Shown: positions 48,169 through 59,288 of the stretch, piece after piece
How positions within the stretch are numbered: position 1 is the stretch's first letter
Layout: the number at the start of each line of letters is the position of its first letter
NCBI RefSeq assembly: GCF_030144855.1
Contig: NC_082722.1
Location: 1,674,001-1,738,000 of the forward strand
DNA from: Hypanus sabinus
Lineage: Eukaryota
Length of the DNA: 64,000 nt
Direction of reading: 5' to 3'
Notes under the pieces: model-generated
What the model was told of the DNA's origin: nothing
Seen by the model: the letters and a program-made list of their open reading frames with translations, nothing else
The model's database searches: none
Made by a program: the position numbers and the translations under genes

Positions 48169-48578
48169 CAGTGCCTATAAAACGTATTCACCCCTTGGAG
48201 GTTTTCACGTTTTATTGTTTTACAGTATTGCATCACAGTGGATTCAATTTGGCCATTTTTGACACTGATTAACAGAAACGAAGCTTTCGTGTCAAAGTGA
48301 AGATAGAACTCTATAAACTGATCTAAATTAATTGCAAATATAAAATACAAAATGATTGATGGCAGAAGTATTCACCCCCTTCAAGTCAGAATTTAGTAGA
48401 TGCAATTTTGGGAGCAATTTTGGGTTGGTGCGAATAGCTCTCCATCAGCTTTGCACATTCGAAGCTTCATTTTCCCTCATCCCTCTTTACAAAATTGCAT
48501 CAGATTGCATGGGTATCGTGAGTAAACATCCTTTTTCAGGTCCAGCCACAAATTTTCACTGGGATTGACTTGGCCATT
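48169..48578 (+). mobile_element. Tc1/mariner IR-DR type left terminal fragment
   Basis: TA-CAGTGCCTATAAAACGTATTCACCCC start with an internal direct repeat agtattcaccccct near 48368. Confidence 0.8.
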
Positions 48579-48579
48579 A

Positions 48580-50820
48580 ACATCACAGCCTCTTCGAACG
48601 CTTGAAAGACGAACTGGCTACCCGGGAGATGCCCACCGACCTCGGCAGTCTCATCACTCTTCCTCTCCTTACTTTCAATCATCATATGAAATAACTCTTC
48701 ACATCATTCCGAGATCGCCAATTCCGTTTGCAGACTGCAGGAGCCTCATCACCAACGCCTCCAGATCCATGCAGTTAGGGAAGAGTTCACTGAAACACTT
48801 TGAGAAACAACGTGCGCGTGTCGTACAGAGCAGCCGATCATCAACGCATCAAACGTCCAGTGCTTCTCGGAAACAGCGGATCCCTGGGTAGAGACAAGGA
48901 GCCTTCTACTAGCAAGCTCTCCCGGGTCCCTCGTTAAAGCAAGATAGCCTGTCTCACTCTTTCTGTACTCCTCCACTCTCTGCCGGTTCTACACGCACAG
49001 GAGGATCTCGTGGACCCGGTTCTGTTTATGGAGTTTGGACCCTAACGAACTTATTTCTCACACCTAGAAAATTACGGCCACTGAAGGAAGTCCCTTGGGG
49101 TGTGGAGTGACCAGTGCGCAGACACGGCCTTAGCGCCAAGAGCGTCGGAGCGTACCGCGGGTACATCCATTTTCTTCTGATTTTCTTAACCAATATTCCT
49201 CTCATGCTTTACTTCTGGCTCGCTACTCAGGAACGTCGCATCGTCTGATCATCTAGTGGATTGCTGAGTTCAGGACCCACATCCTTTTAAACCCCGTTCT
49301 CTACCCCATTAGTCCGTGAAGATGGAGGTATCCCTCTATCTCACAAATCGCCGACATGAATATTTCGGCACAACCATTGCCTTCAGTAAGAGGGAAGCCA
49401 ACACCCGCGCCTTGCACATAACGCCGTTGTTTGATCGACCTTCTGGGGCCGCCGGTTCTCACTCTCTCCTCCTGTGATCAAGTCATGAATGATTACATCG
49501 CCGAATCCCTACAGCACTACTTCATACGTTCATCACAGGCTCCAGCCGATGCTGGATTCCTCTCTGTCAAAACGAAAATGGAGGTTTTCCTCACTGCATT
49601 GAATACCGTGGACCGAGTTGAATCACGGCCAAAAACCAGTACCCTCTCTCCTTGATGGATAGCGCATTCGAGGCACGGCGCAGGGGCCTGATCGTCACCA
49701 GAATGGATTTACAGGGTAAGAAGAACCCGATCTGCATCCGCCAGAGAATGAGTAGAAGACGGCGTTCATAGCTTTCACTGGCCTTTGCAAATACTTGGTG
49801 ATGTTTTTCGGAATTTTCGACAGTGTAGCGGTTCAACAACAACATACTCAGAGACATCCAACACAGGTATGTGCTCGTCTCCATCGACGGCATTCTCATC
49901 TTCTACACGATCTCCCAAAATTACGTCCATCATGTCAATTCAGTCCTTCGCATCTCCTCGAAAACCAGACCTACTGCAATTTAGAAAAATGCCATTTCCA
50001 CACCCGACTCATTTCCTTCCTGGGTTAGGTACTTATAAGCCAAGACATAACCATGGACCCAGAGAAAGTGCGCGCCGCCATTGAATAGCCCAGCCAATGC
50101 AATCTGTAACAGCTGCAGCACTTCTTGGGCTTTTCCAACTTCTTCTGCAGCAAATCGCCAATCCTCTCACCTCCCTCACCAGATTACCTTCTTCTCCGAT
50201 AACCAAAGAATGCCGTGGAACATTCTTTCGAGGAGCTCAAGAGCCGCTTCTCCGTCGTTCGAACCCACCTAGTCGAGGTGGACGCATCTGGCGCGGGCAC
50301 CTGGGCTGAGAACGTTAAACGGGAAGACTCACCATTGTGTTTCTTCCAGCGAAAGTTCATTCCTATTCTACATCCACGTGTGGCTCGCTGGGCCCTCTTC
50401 TTCGAACAATTCAACGTCAACTTCTTTGAACGACCCGTTTCCAAGAACGCGAAGGCCAACGACCCGTGACTGCAATTGCACCCTCGCGAAACGGAGATCA
50501 ATGCTAAGCTCATCATTTCATCTTCGTTGGTCTCGCTCTAAATTGTCTGGGACTTGGAGAGCACAAGCCTGCTTCGACCGTCACTCTTGACAACCGTGCT
50601 CATGCAAGTGCCAGCGGCCGTGCACTCTGAGGCACTCCAGGGGCCACTCATCACCCCTCTCTGGCCATCGAAGGACTCTGCCACCCCGGATTCGGTGGAT
50701 AACAAGACGTTTACAACCGAAATTAAGACCAGAATTATATTTATGGAATTTCTTTTCTGAGACCCAGACTTTTTTCTCAGATTCTTCTGCTTTCTCTTGA
50801 ATCCGCATAAACCCTGGCGG
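48580..50820 (+). mobile_element. Highly decayed sushi/chromovirus-like Gypsy internal region
   Basis: Remnants LEKCHFH, MDPEKVRA, QLQHFLGFSNF, HLVEVDASGAG, PVSKNAKA. Confidence 0.7.
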
Positions 50821-51859
50821 AGAGTTGTATCAGGTGTAGGCGATCATTGGCCTTAGCATCGGTTAAGAGTGTGTTTAGGTGGACTCTGTGCATTAAGAAA
50901 TGAGGTGTAACATTCATATGTGCTCCTATTTTCGTAATCGGCGTATTTTTACGGAGAGTAGCACTTAATGGACAAATGAAGCTATTATTTGGTGTCTGGA
51001 GTAAACCAATTTTACCAGGCCTCTCTGAGTCGCCTAATTTCTGCCACCACTATGCCACTCGACTGGGCTGTATGCCACGTGTTGGTCTGTTTGTTCATAT
51101 ATGATTTGGATGCATTTACCACTGCAGAAAGACCCTTGGTCGGCATCCTTGCAGGAGGGGATGACAGCATGAGGCAAAATGGAGTTTTGGAGTGCTGTGA
51201 GCTCACTACCAGGAGTTGTAGGGGTTAACCACGTACATCTCATACAAAAATAAACTTTCACAAGAATATGTGATTGCTACTTTATTACAGGACAGACAGT
51301 CATTACAATTTACATCGAAATCCTTACACTGAATCAACTCGTGAAGCCCTCAGTATAACATGGCGAATTTCACGTGAGTGGCTTGTCTGCTCACTTGATT
51401 ATGTCCGATTCCTTGCTGCAACAACCAGAGATTCTGCAACGGATTCTGTGCACTCTCGCAGGCAGGCGGCTGAAAAGGGTTCGCAATCATGCTCCTCAGC
51501 ATGCACCTTGCCCCCAGTTAGGGTTCATTTATGGTCATTTGCGATTCCCTTGCTTTCTTTTCATTCTTGTCGAGTCCTGATGGTGGCATGCCGACGTCAA
51601 CACAGCCTGCTTATCTTAGTCCACATTCCAGGAAAGTAGATTACATTTTCGTTTGACGCTGTAAAGAAGCATAATTTAAAGAAGCACTAATAAGTGACTG
51701 CTTCAGAACCGCAGATAGCGTCAGATATTAGACAGTGTTTTCGTTACCGCTCCTGTTGTCCTAGAGTTCAAGATTTTTCCAGCATGTCTGTACAGTTCTT
51801 ATTAAAACTGAGTGAACTGTTCTTCCTTTTGCTGTGTCTTTCCCTCTGCACTTAGGCCA

Positions 51860-52830
51860 TCGTAAAGTACCTTGCAAAGTGGCACATACAGTACATTAAC
51901 TCCATCTTTGGCGACAAACCCAGTCCAAAAAGGATGAACTGAGCGACTCATCCCAGCCAACCATGTTCAAGTGGCCAGCATTACTGCTCTCACTGTCGTT
52001 TAGCAGCTCATTACCGAGAGGCGGAATCCGGTGCTTAGCAGCAGCACGTTCTATGCAATACATAATCTAGCAGAGAGAGAAAAAAATAATAAATAAAATA
52101 AAACATCATAAAAAATTAACAAGTAAATCAATTATATTGAATAGATTATTAAAATGTGCAAAAACAGAAATATTGTATATTAAAAAAGTGAGGTATTGTC
52201 CAAAGCTTCAATGTCCATTCAGGAATCGGATGGCAAAGGAGAAAAAGCTGTTCCTGAATTTCTGAGTGTGTGCCTTCAGGCTTCTGTATCTCCTACCTGA
52301 TAGTAACAATGATAAAATGGCATGCCGCGGGTGCTGGAGATCTTTAATAACGGGCACTGCCTTTCTGAGACACCACTCCCTAAAGACGTCCTGGTTACTA
52401 TGTAGGCTCGTGCCCAAGATGCAGCTGACTAGATATACAACCTTCTGCAGCTTCTTTCGGTCCTGTGCAGTAGTCCCTCCATACCAGACAGTGATGCAGC
52501 CTGTCAGAATGCTCTCCCCGGTACAACTGCAGAAGTTTTTGAGTGCATTTGTTGACATGCCATACCGCTTCAAACTCCTAATAATGTATAGCCGCTGTCT
52601 TGCCTTCTTTATGACTACATCAATGTGTTGGGTCCAAATTAGATTCTCAGAAATCTTGACACCCAGAAATTTTAAGCTGCTCACACTCTCCACTTCTGAT
52701 CTCTCTAAGGGGATTGGTATGTGTTCCTTCGTCTTACCCTTCCTGAAGTCCACAATCAGCTCTTTCATTTTACTGCCTGACCTGGTGAATTGCGTTGACA
52801 CACAACAAGTCAGCCTGTTCAACACCATAG
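51860..52830 (-). mobile_element. Rex1/Babar-type LINE 3' fragment with 3' UTR
   Basis: ORF 52208-52828: KMKELIVDFRK, KFLGVKISENL, KKARQRLY..RSLKRYG, ESILTGCITVWYG, FAIRFLN. Confidence 0.88.
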
Positions 52831-52899
52831 AAGAACAAGGCCTTCCAGCAATTTGTAGTCAAGTTCAGGAGCGTCTTTGATATTCCAGTAGCGGATTAG

Positions 52900-55800
52900 G
52901 AGTAAGGCCACCGGGCCTGGGACCTACGTGAAGGTAAATGGAGAGTGGGGGGATAATGTAGACAAGTTCTGAATGCTTGCGATTGAATGGGGTTGAGCAA
53001 GAGACGTCCATATATGCACCGGATGCGCCGAGCTGTAGCTCTTAAGGGACCGAGTTCGGGAACTGGAGCTGCAGCTCGATGACCTACGTCTAGTCAGGGA
53101 GAGTGAGGAGTTGATAGAGAGAAGTTACAGGCAGGTGGTCACACCAGGGCCACGGGAGGCAGGCAAGTGGGTCACGGTTCAGAGAGGGAAGGGGGAGAGT
53201 CAGGTAATCGAGAGTACCCCAGTACTTCTGTTTGAGTACTGTTGGGGAGGACAGCCTACCTGGGGTAAGCGGCAGTGGCCATGTCTCCGGCACAGAGTCT
53301 GGCCCTATGGTTCAGAAGGGTAGGGAAAGGAAGAGGAAGGCAGTAGTATAAGGGGACTCGATAGTTAGGGAGTCAGATAGGCGATTCTTTGGACGCAGTC
53401 CAGGAGACACGGATGGTAGTTTGCCTCCCTGGTGCCAGGGCCTGGGATGTTTCTGATCGCATCCAAGATATCCTGAAGCGGGAGAGCGAGGAGCCAGAGG
53501 TCGGGATACATATAGGTACCAATGACATAGGTAGGAAAAGGAAAGAGGTTCTGAAAGGATAATATAGTGGGTTAGGAAGGGAGTTGAGAAGAAGGACCGC
53601 AAAGGTAGTAATATCGGGATTACTGCCTGTGCCGCGCGACAGTGAAAGTAGGAATGGAATGAGGTGGAGGATAAATGCGTGGCTGAGGGACTAGAGCAGG
53701 GGGCAGGGATTCAAGTTTCTGGATCATTGGGACCGCTTTTGGGGCAGGTGTGACCCAAAATGACGGGTTGCACTTGAATCCTAGGGGGACCAATATCCTG
53801 GAGATTTGCTAAGGCTACCGGGGAGACTTTAAACTGAAATGGTTGGGGTTGAGAATCAAATTGAAGAGACTAGGAGAGAGGAAGTTATGTTCACAAGCTT
53901 GTAGACAGTTTTTTTAGGAAGGATAGGCAGGTGGTAGAGAAGGGGAGCACTCAGACCGAAGATGTAGGGGAGAAGGAAGAAAAAGAAGATAGTAAAATTA
54001 GTTGCACCGTTAGCGATAAACAGAGAAAAAGAGGTGGAGAATTTCTTAAATGCATTTCTTTTAATGTTAGGAGTATTGTAAGAAAGGTTGACGAGCTTAG
54101 AGCATGGATTGATACCTGACAATATGAAGTTGTAGCTATTAATGAAACATGGTTGCAGGTGGAGGGTGATTGGCAACTAATTATTCCTGGATTTCGTTAC
54201 TTCAGGTGTGATAGAATCGGAGGGGCAACAGGAGGAGGTGTTGTTTTGCTTGTCAGAGAAAATATTACAGCTGCGCTTTGGCAGGATAGATTTGAGGGCT
54301 CGTCTAGGGAGGCTACTTGGGCGGAGTTGTGGAACGGGAAAGGTGTAGTAACACTTGTAGCGGTGTATTATAGACCACCTATTGGGGAGCGAGGAGGAGC
54401 AAATTTGTAAGGAGATAGCAGATATTTGGAGTAAGCACAGGGTTGTGATTGTGCAAGATTTTAATTTTCCACACATAGACTGGGAAGCCCATTCTGTAAA
54501 AGGGCTGGTTGGTTTGGAATTTGTAAAATGTGTGCCGGATAGTTTTTTTTTTGCAGCAATACATAGAGGCACCGACTAGAGAAGGGGCAGTGATGGATCT
54601 CCTGCTAAATAATGAGATAAATCAGGTGATGGAGGTATGTAAACACACAGTGCACTGCAAGATGCTGTGGTCAAATCAAGACGTACTAAAAAGCTGGATG
54701 AACTCAGCAGGTCGGGCAGCATGCGTTGAAATGAGCGGTTAGCGTTTCGGGTCCTGACGTTGACTGCTTCTTTCAATGGATGCTGCCCGACCTGCTGAGT
54801 TCATCCAGCTTTTTTGTAGGTCTTGACGGAGGTATGTGTTGGGAGCATATCTGATCCAGTGATCACAAAGCCATTAGTTTCAATATAATTATGGAGAAAG
54901 ATAGGTCTGGACCCAGGGTTCAGAATTTTGATTGGATAAAGGGTAACTTTGAGGAGATGCGAAAGGATTTAGAAGGAGTGAGTTGGGACAATATGTTTTA
55001 TAGGAAGGATGTAATAGAGAAATGGAGGTCATTTAAAGGTAAAATTTTGAAGGTACAGAATCTTTATGTTCCTGTTAGCTTGAACAGAAAGGTTAAAGTT
55101 TGAGAGAGCCATGGTTTTCAAGGGATATTGGAAACTTGGTTAGGAAAAAGAGAGAGATTTACAATAAATATAGGTAGCATGGAGTAAATGAGGTGCTCGA
55201 GGAATATAAAGAATGTTAAAAGAATCTTAAGAAAGTGATTAGAAAAGCTAAAAGAAGTTACGAGGTTGTTTTGGCAAGTAAGGTAAAAATAAATCCAAAC
55301 GGTTTCTACAGTTATATTAATAGAAAGGATAGTGAGTGATAAAATTTAGAGAATCAGAGTGGACAGCTATGTGTGGAGCCGAAAGAGATGGGCGAGATTT
55401 TGTAACAAGTTCATTTCTTCGGTATTAACTAAGGAGAAGGATATTGGATTGTGTAAGTTAAGGGAAACAAGTAGGGTAGTTATGGAAACTATGATGATTA
55501 AAGAAGAGGAAGTACTGGCGCTTTTAGAGAATATAAAAGTGGATAAATCTCCGGATACTGACAGGATATTCCCCAGGACGTTGAGCGAAGTCAGTGTAGA
55601 AATAGCCGGGGCTCTGACAGAAATATTTCAAATGTCATTCGAAACGTAGATGGTGCCGGAGGTTTGGCGTATTGCTCATGTGGTTCCATTGTTTAAAAAG
55701 GGTTCTAAGGGTAAACCAAGCAATTATCGGCCTGTACGTTTGACATCAGTGGTGGGTAAATTAATGTAACGTATTCTTGGAGATGGTATATATAATTATC

Positions 55801-57130
55801 TGGATAGACAGGGTCTGATTAGGAACAGAGAACATGGATTTGTCCGTGCAAGGTCATGTTTGATAATTCGTACTGAAATTTTTGAAGAGGTTACTAAGAA
55901 ATTTGACGAGGGTAAAGCAGTGGATGTTGTCTATATGGACTTCAGTAAGGCCTTTGACAAGGTTCCACACGGAAGGTTAGTTAGGAAGGTTCAATCGTTA
56001 GGTAGTAATATTGGGGTAGAAAAATGGATTCAACAGTGGCTGGATGGGAGATGCCAGAGAGTAATGGTGGATAACTGTTTGTCAGGTTAAGGCCGGTGAT
56101 TAGTGGTGTGTCTCACGAATCTGTACTGGGTTCAATGTTGTTTGTCATATACATTAATGATCTGGATGTTGGGGTGGTAAATTGGATTAGTAAGTATGCA
56201 GATGATACTAAGTTAGGTGGCGTTGTGGATAATGAGGTAGGTTTTCAAAGCTTGCAGAGAGATTTAGGCCAGTTAGAAGAGTGGACTGACAGATGGCAGA
56301 TGGCTTTTAATGCTAATAATTGTGAGGTACTACATTTTGGTAGGACTAATCAAAATAGGACATATATGGTAAATGGTAGGGCATTAAGGAATACAGTAGA
56401 ACAGAGTGATATAGGAATAATCGTGCATAGTTCCTTGAAGGTGGAATCTCATGTGGATGGGATGGTGAAGAAAGCTTTCGGTATGCTGGCCTTTATAAAT
56501 CAGAACATTGAGGATAGGAGTTGAAATGTAATGTTAAAATTGTATGAGGCATTGGTGAGGCCACATTTGGAGTTTTGTGTACAGTTCTGGTCACTAAATT
56601 ATAGGAAAGATGTCAACAAAATATAGAGAGTACAGCGAAGATTCACTGAAATGTTACCTGGGTTGCAGCGCCTAAGTTACAGGGAAAGGTTGAGAAAGTT
56701 AGGTCTTTATTTTTTGGAGTGTAGAAGGTTGAAACGGGGCTTGATAGAGGTATTTAAAATTATGAGGGGGATTGATAGAGTTGACTGGAGTCAACTTGAC
56801 TTGACTAGAGTTGACTTTTTCCATTGAGAACGGGGAGATTCAAAGAAGAGGACGTGAGTTGATAGATAGGGTGGAAAAGTTTGGGGGTAACATGAGGGGG
56901 AACTTCACTCACAGAGTGGTAGCTGTGTGGAACGAGCTTCCAGTCGAAGTGGTAGAGACAGGTTGGATATTGTCATTAAAAGAAATCTTGGATAGGTATA
57001 TGGACAGGAAAGGAATGGAGGGTTATAGGCTGAGTGCAGTTCGGTGGGACTGGGTGAGAGTACGAGTTCGGCACGATCTAGAAGGGTCGAGATGACCTTT
57101 TTCCGTGCTGTAATTGTTATATAGTTATGT
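52900..57130 (+). mobile_element. Near full-length decayed CR1 (same subfamily as 40589-44328, opposite orientation)
   Basis: ORF1 gggactcgatagtt (GDS motif), ORF2 CISFNVRSIVRK, VDVVYMDFSKAFDKVPH, SKYADDTKL; long stretches are the reverse complement of 41000-44300. Confidence 0.92.
54641..54827. mobile_element. Palindromic short element, copy E, with at least 10-bp TSD
   Basis: 35-bp arms aaaaagctggatgaactcagcaggtcgggcagcat / atgctgcccgacctgctgagttcatccagcttttt; collapsed cgtttcggg...ctgacgttgactg centre; TSD GGAGGTATGT at 54631-54640 and 54828-54837. Confidence 0.88.
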
Positions 57131-57275
57131 GCAGAAATCCCTCATCTAAACTAGGTTCTGTCTGAAGGCTGCTGATTTGCGGAGAACATTGGCTACGACT
57201 TGACAATCTCAATTCTCAGGGTAGGTAGGCTCAATACTGAGCAAATACAACATAAAAAGCATAAACAGACAACGG

Positions 57276-58820
57276 GTTAAACAAATATGTGAGGAAATTC
57301 TTTTGGAAAGGTAAGATGTCAAGAATTTCATTGGAAAAATTGACTTGGAAATTTGATCTAGGAGGGTTACAACTTCCGAATTTTAAGAATTATTATAAAG
57401 CAAATCAACTTAGATTTATTGCATCTTTTTTTGAGAAAGATAGACCGGCATGGATTAGAATAGAACTAGATAAAATAGGAGGAAATACACCAGAAGATTT
57501 TATATATAAATGGGAATCTAAATGGATTAAGGAGAAGAAAGAATCTCCTATATTGAAACATTTGATTGACTTATGGAATAAAATAAATGTTAATAATGAG
57601 ACAAAGAAATCTTTATTAGCAAAGAGATCTTTAATTCCAAATAGAATTATTCCTTTTACAATGGATAATCAACTTTTATATAATTGGTTTCAAAAAGGGA
57701 TTAGATATATAGGAGATTGTTTTGAAGGAGGTATATTAATGTCATTTGATCAATTAAAGAATAAATATAACGTACCAAACAACACTCTGTTTTGTTACTT
57801 CCAACTAAGGGCTTATTTAAGAGAAAAATTAGGTCAAACAATGTTATTGCCGAAATCTAATGAAATAGAAACTTTAATTCAAAAAGGAAAGATTAAAAAA
57901 TTTATCTCTTGTATGTATAACTTGATTCAAAAACAGGCAATTAAACAAGGAGTCCATAAGTCAAGACAAAATTGGAAAGTGACTTGAATATTAAAATTGA
58001 AGAAACAAATTGGTCAAGACTATGTCTTGATAGTATGACAAATACAATAAAAGTCCGGTTAAGATTAGTGCAATATAATTTTTTACATCAATTATATATT
58101 ACACCACAAAAAATAAATTAATTAAACCCAAATTTATCCAATCAGTGTTTCCGATGTAAACAAGACATCGGTACTTTTTTACATTCTACTTGGTCGAGTT
58201 CTAAAGTTCACCCTATTTGGACAAATTTAAGAGTTTTATTGGAACAAATTATTGGAACACAACTTCCACATAATCCAATATTATTTTTACTAGGCGATAT
58301 TGAAGGGATAAAACCGAAACCCAAATTGAATAAATATCAGAAAGAATTTATAAAAATTGCACTGGCAGTAGCCAAAAAGGATATTGCAGTTACTTGGAAA
58401 TCGGATACATACTTAAGTATAGATCGTTGGAAGAAGGAAATTTATGGCTGTATTCCACTTGAAAAAAATTACTTATAATTTAAGAGATAAATATGAAACA
58501 TTCTTGAAAATTTGGCGCCCTTATTTACAAAAGACTGGATTAAATATATAGGTGCTCCGAAGATGAAATAATTGGTTATTTGGGGAAAGGTATAAATATA
58601 TATACTAAAGTTATTACGAACTCCATGGAGCATGTGGGGATCTTCCGATATCCAGGCACTCTTTCTTTTTTCTTTCTTTCTTTCTTTCTCTTTTTTTCTA
58701 TAGGGATGTTAGGGGGGAGGGGTTAAGGGGAGGAGGGGAAGGGTATATATATATTTTTTTCACATATTTTCTTTTATTTCTGTAATTATTTGAAAACTCA
58801 ATTAAAAAAGTAAAAAAAAA
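57276..58820 (+). mobile_element. 5'-truncated L1-clade LINE (ORF2 C-terminus, 3' UTR, A-rich tail)
   Basis: RKFFWKGK...GGLQLPNFKNYYKANQLRF, C-terminal C-x2-C..T..H..W, purine-rich 3' UTR and poly(A); candidate TSD agacaa(c/t)gg at 57267-57275 and 58820-58828. Confidence 0.9.
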
Positions 58821-58899
58821 GACAATGGAAAAAAGGTACAGCTAAAACAGGGCACAGGTGAAAATCAACTACTAGTCAGAGCAGGTAAGCATCGGAGCC

Positions 58900-59288
58900 T
58901 GGCGGACTCTGGCAGCTCCTGGTAGCCTGCCAGTTTCATGACAGAATTCATCTACTCCCACCCTCACCCTCCGCACGGCACGTAAGAGCCCAGAACGATT
59001 GGAGTGGCGACTGTGGGTCCCTAATACCACTGCAGAAACTGAAAGCTTTTCCTCTGACCCGTAGCCTTTCCAATCCCCAAAGTACTTCAGCCGGCTACGG
59101 ACTCGATCGGAGTCAGCAAGCTAATGGACGATGCATCCTGCTTGACCGTCGTTGATGTGAGAATCCACGGACCATCTCAGAACTGGCGTCAGCGTACAAC
59201 ATAGAAGGGACTTTAAAAGGTGGAGGGGGGCATTGCAGGTGGGGTGGATGCGCAGACTTGTGACAAGGAAATTCGTTGATCCGACGGA
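58900..59288 (-). mobile_element. Chromovirus-type Gypsy 3' remnant (chromodomain, PPT, LTR start)
   Basis: - strand DRVRSRLKYFGDWKGYGSEEK resembles chromodomain YLV.WKGYG.EE; followed by purine tract ggagggtgagggtgggag and tgtcatg. Confidence 0.6.
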
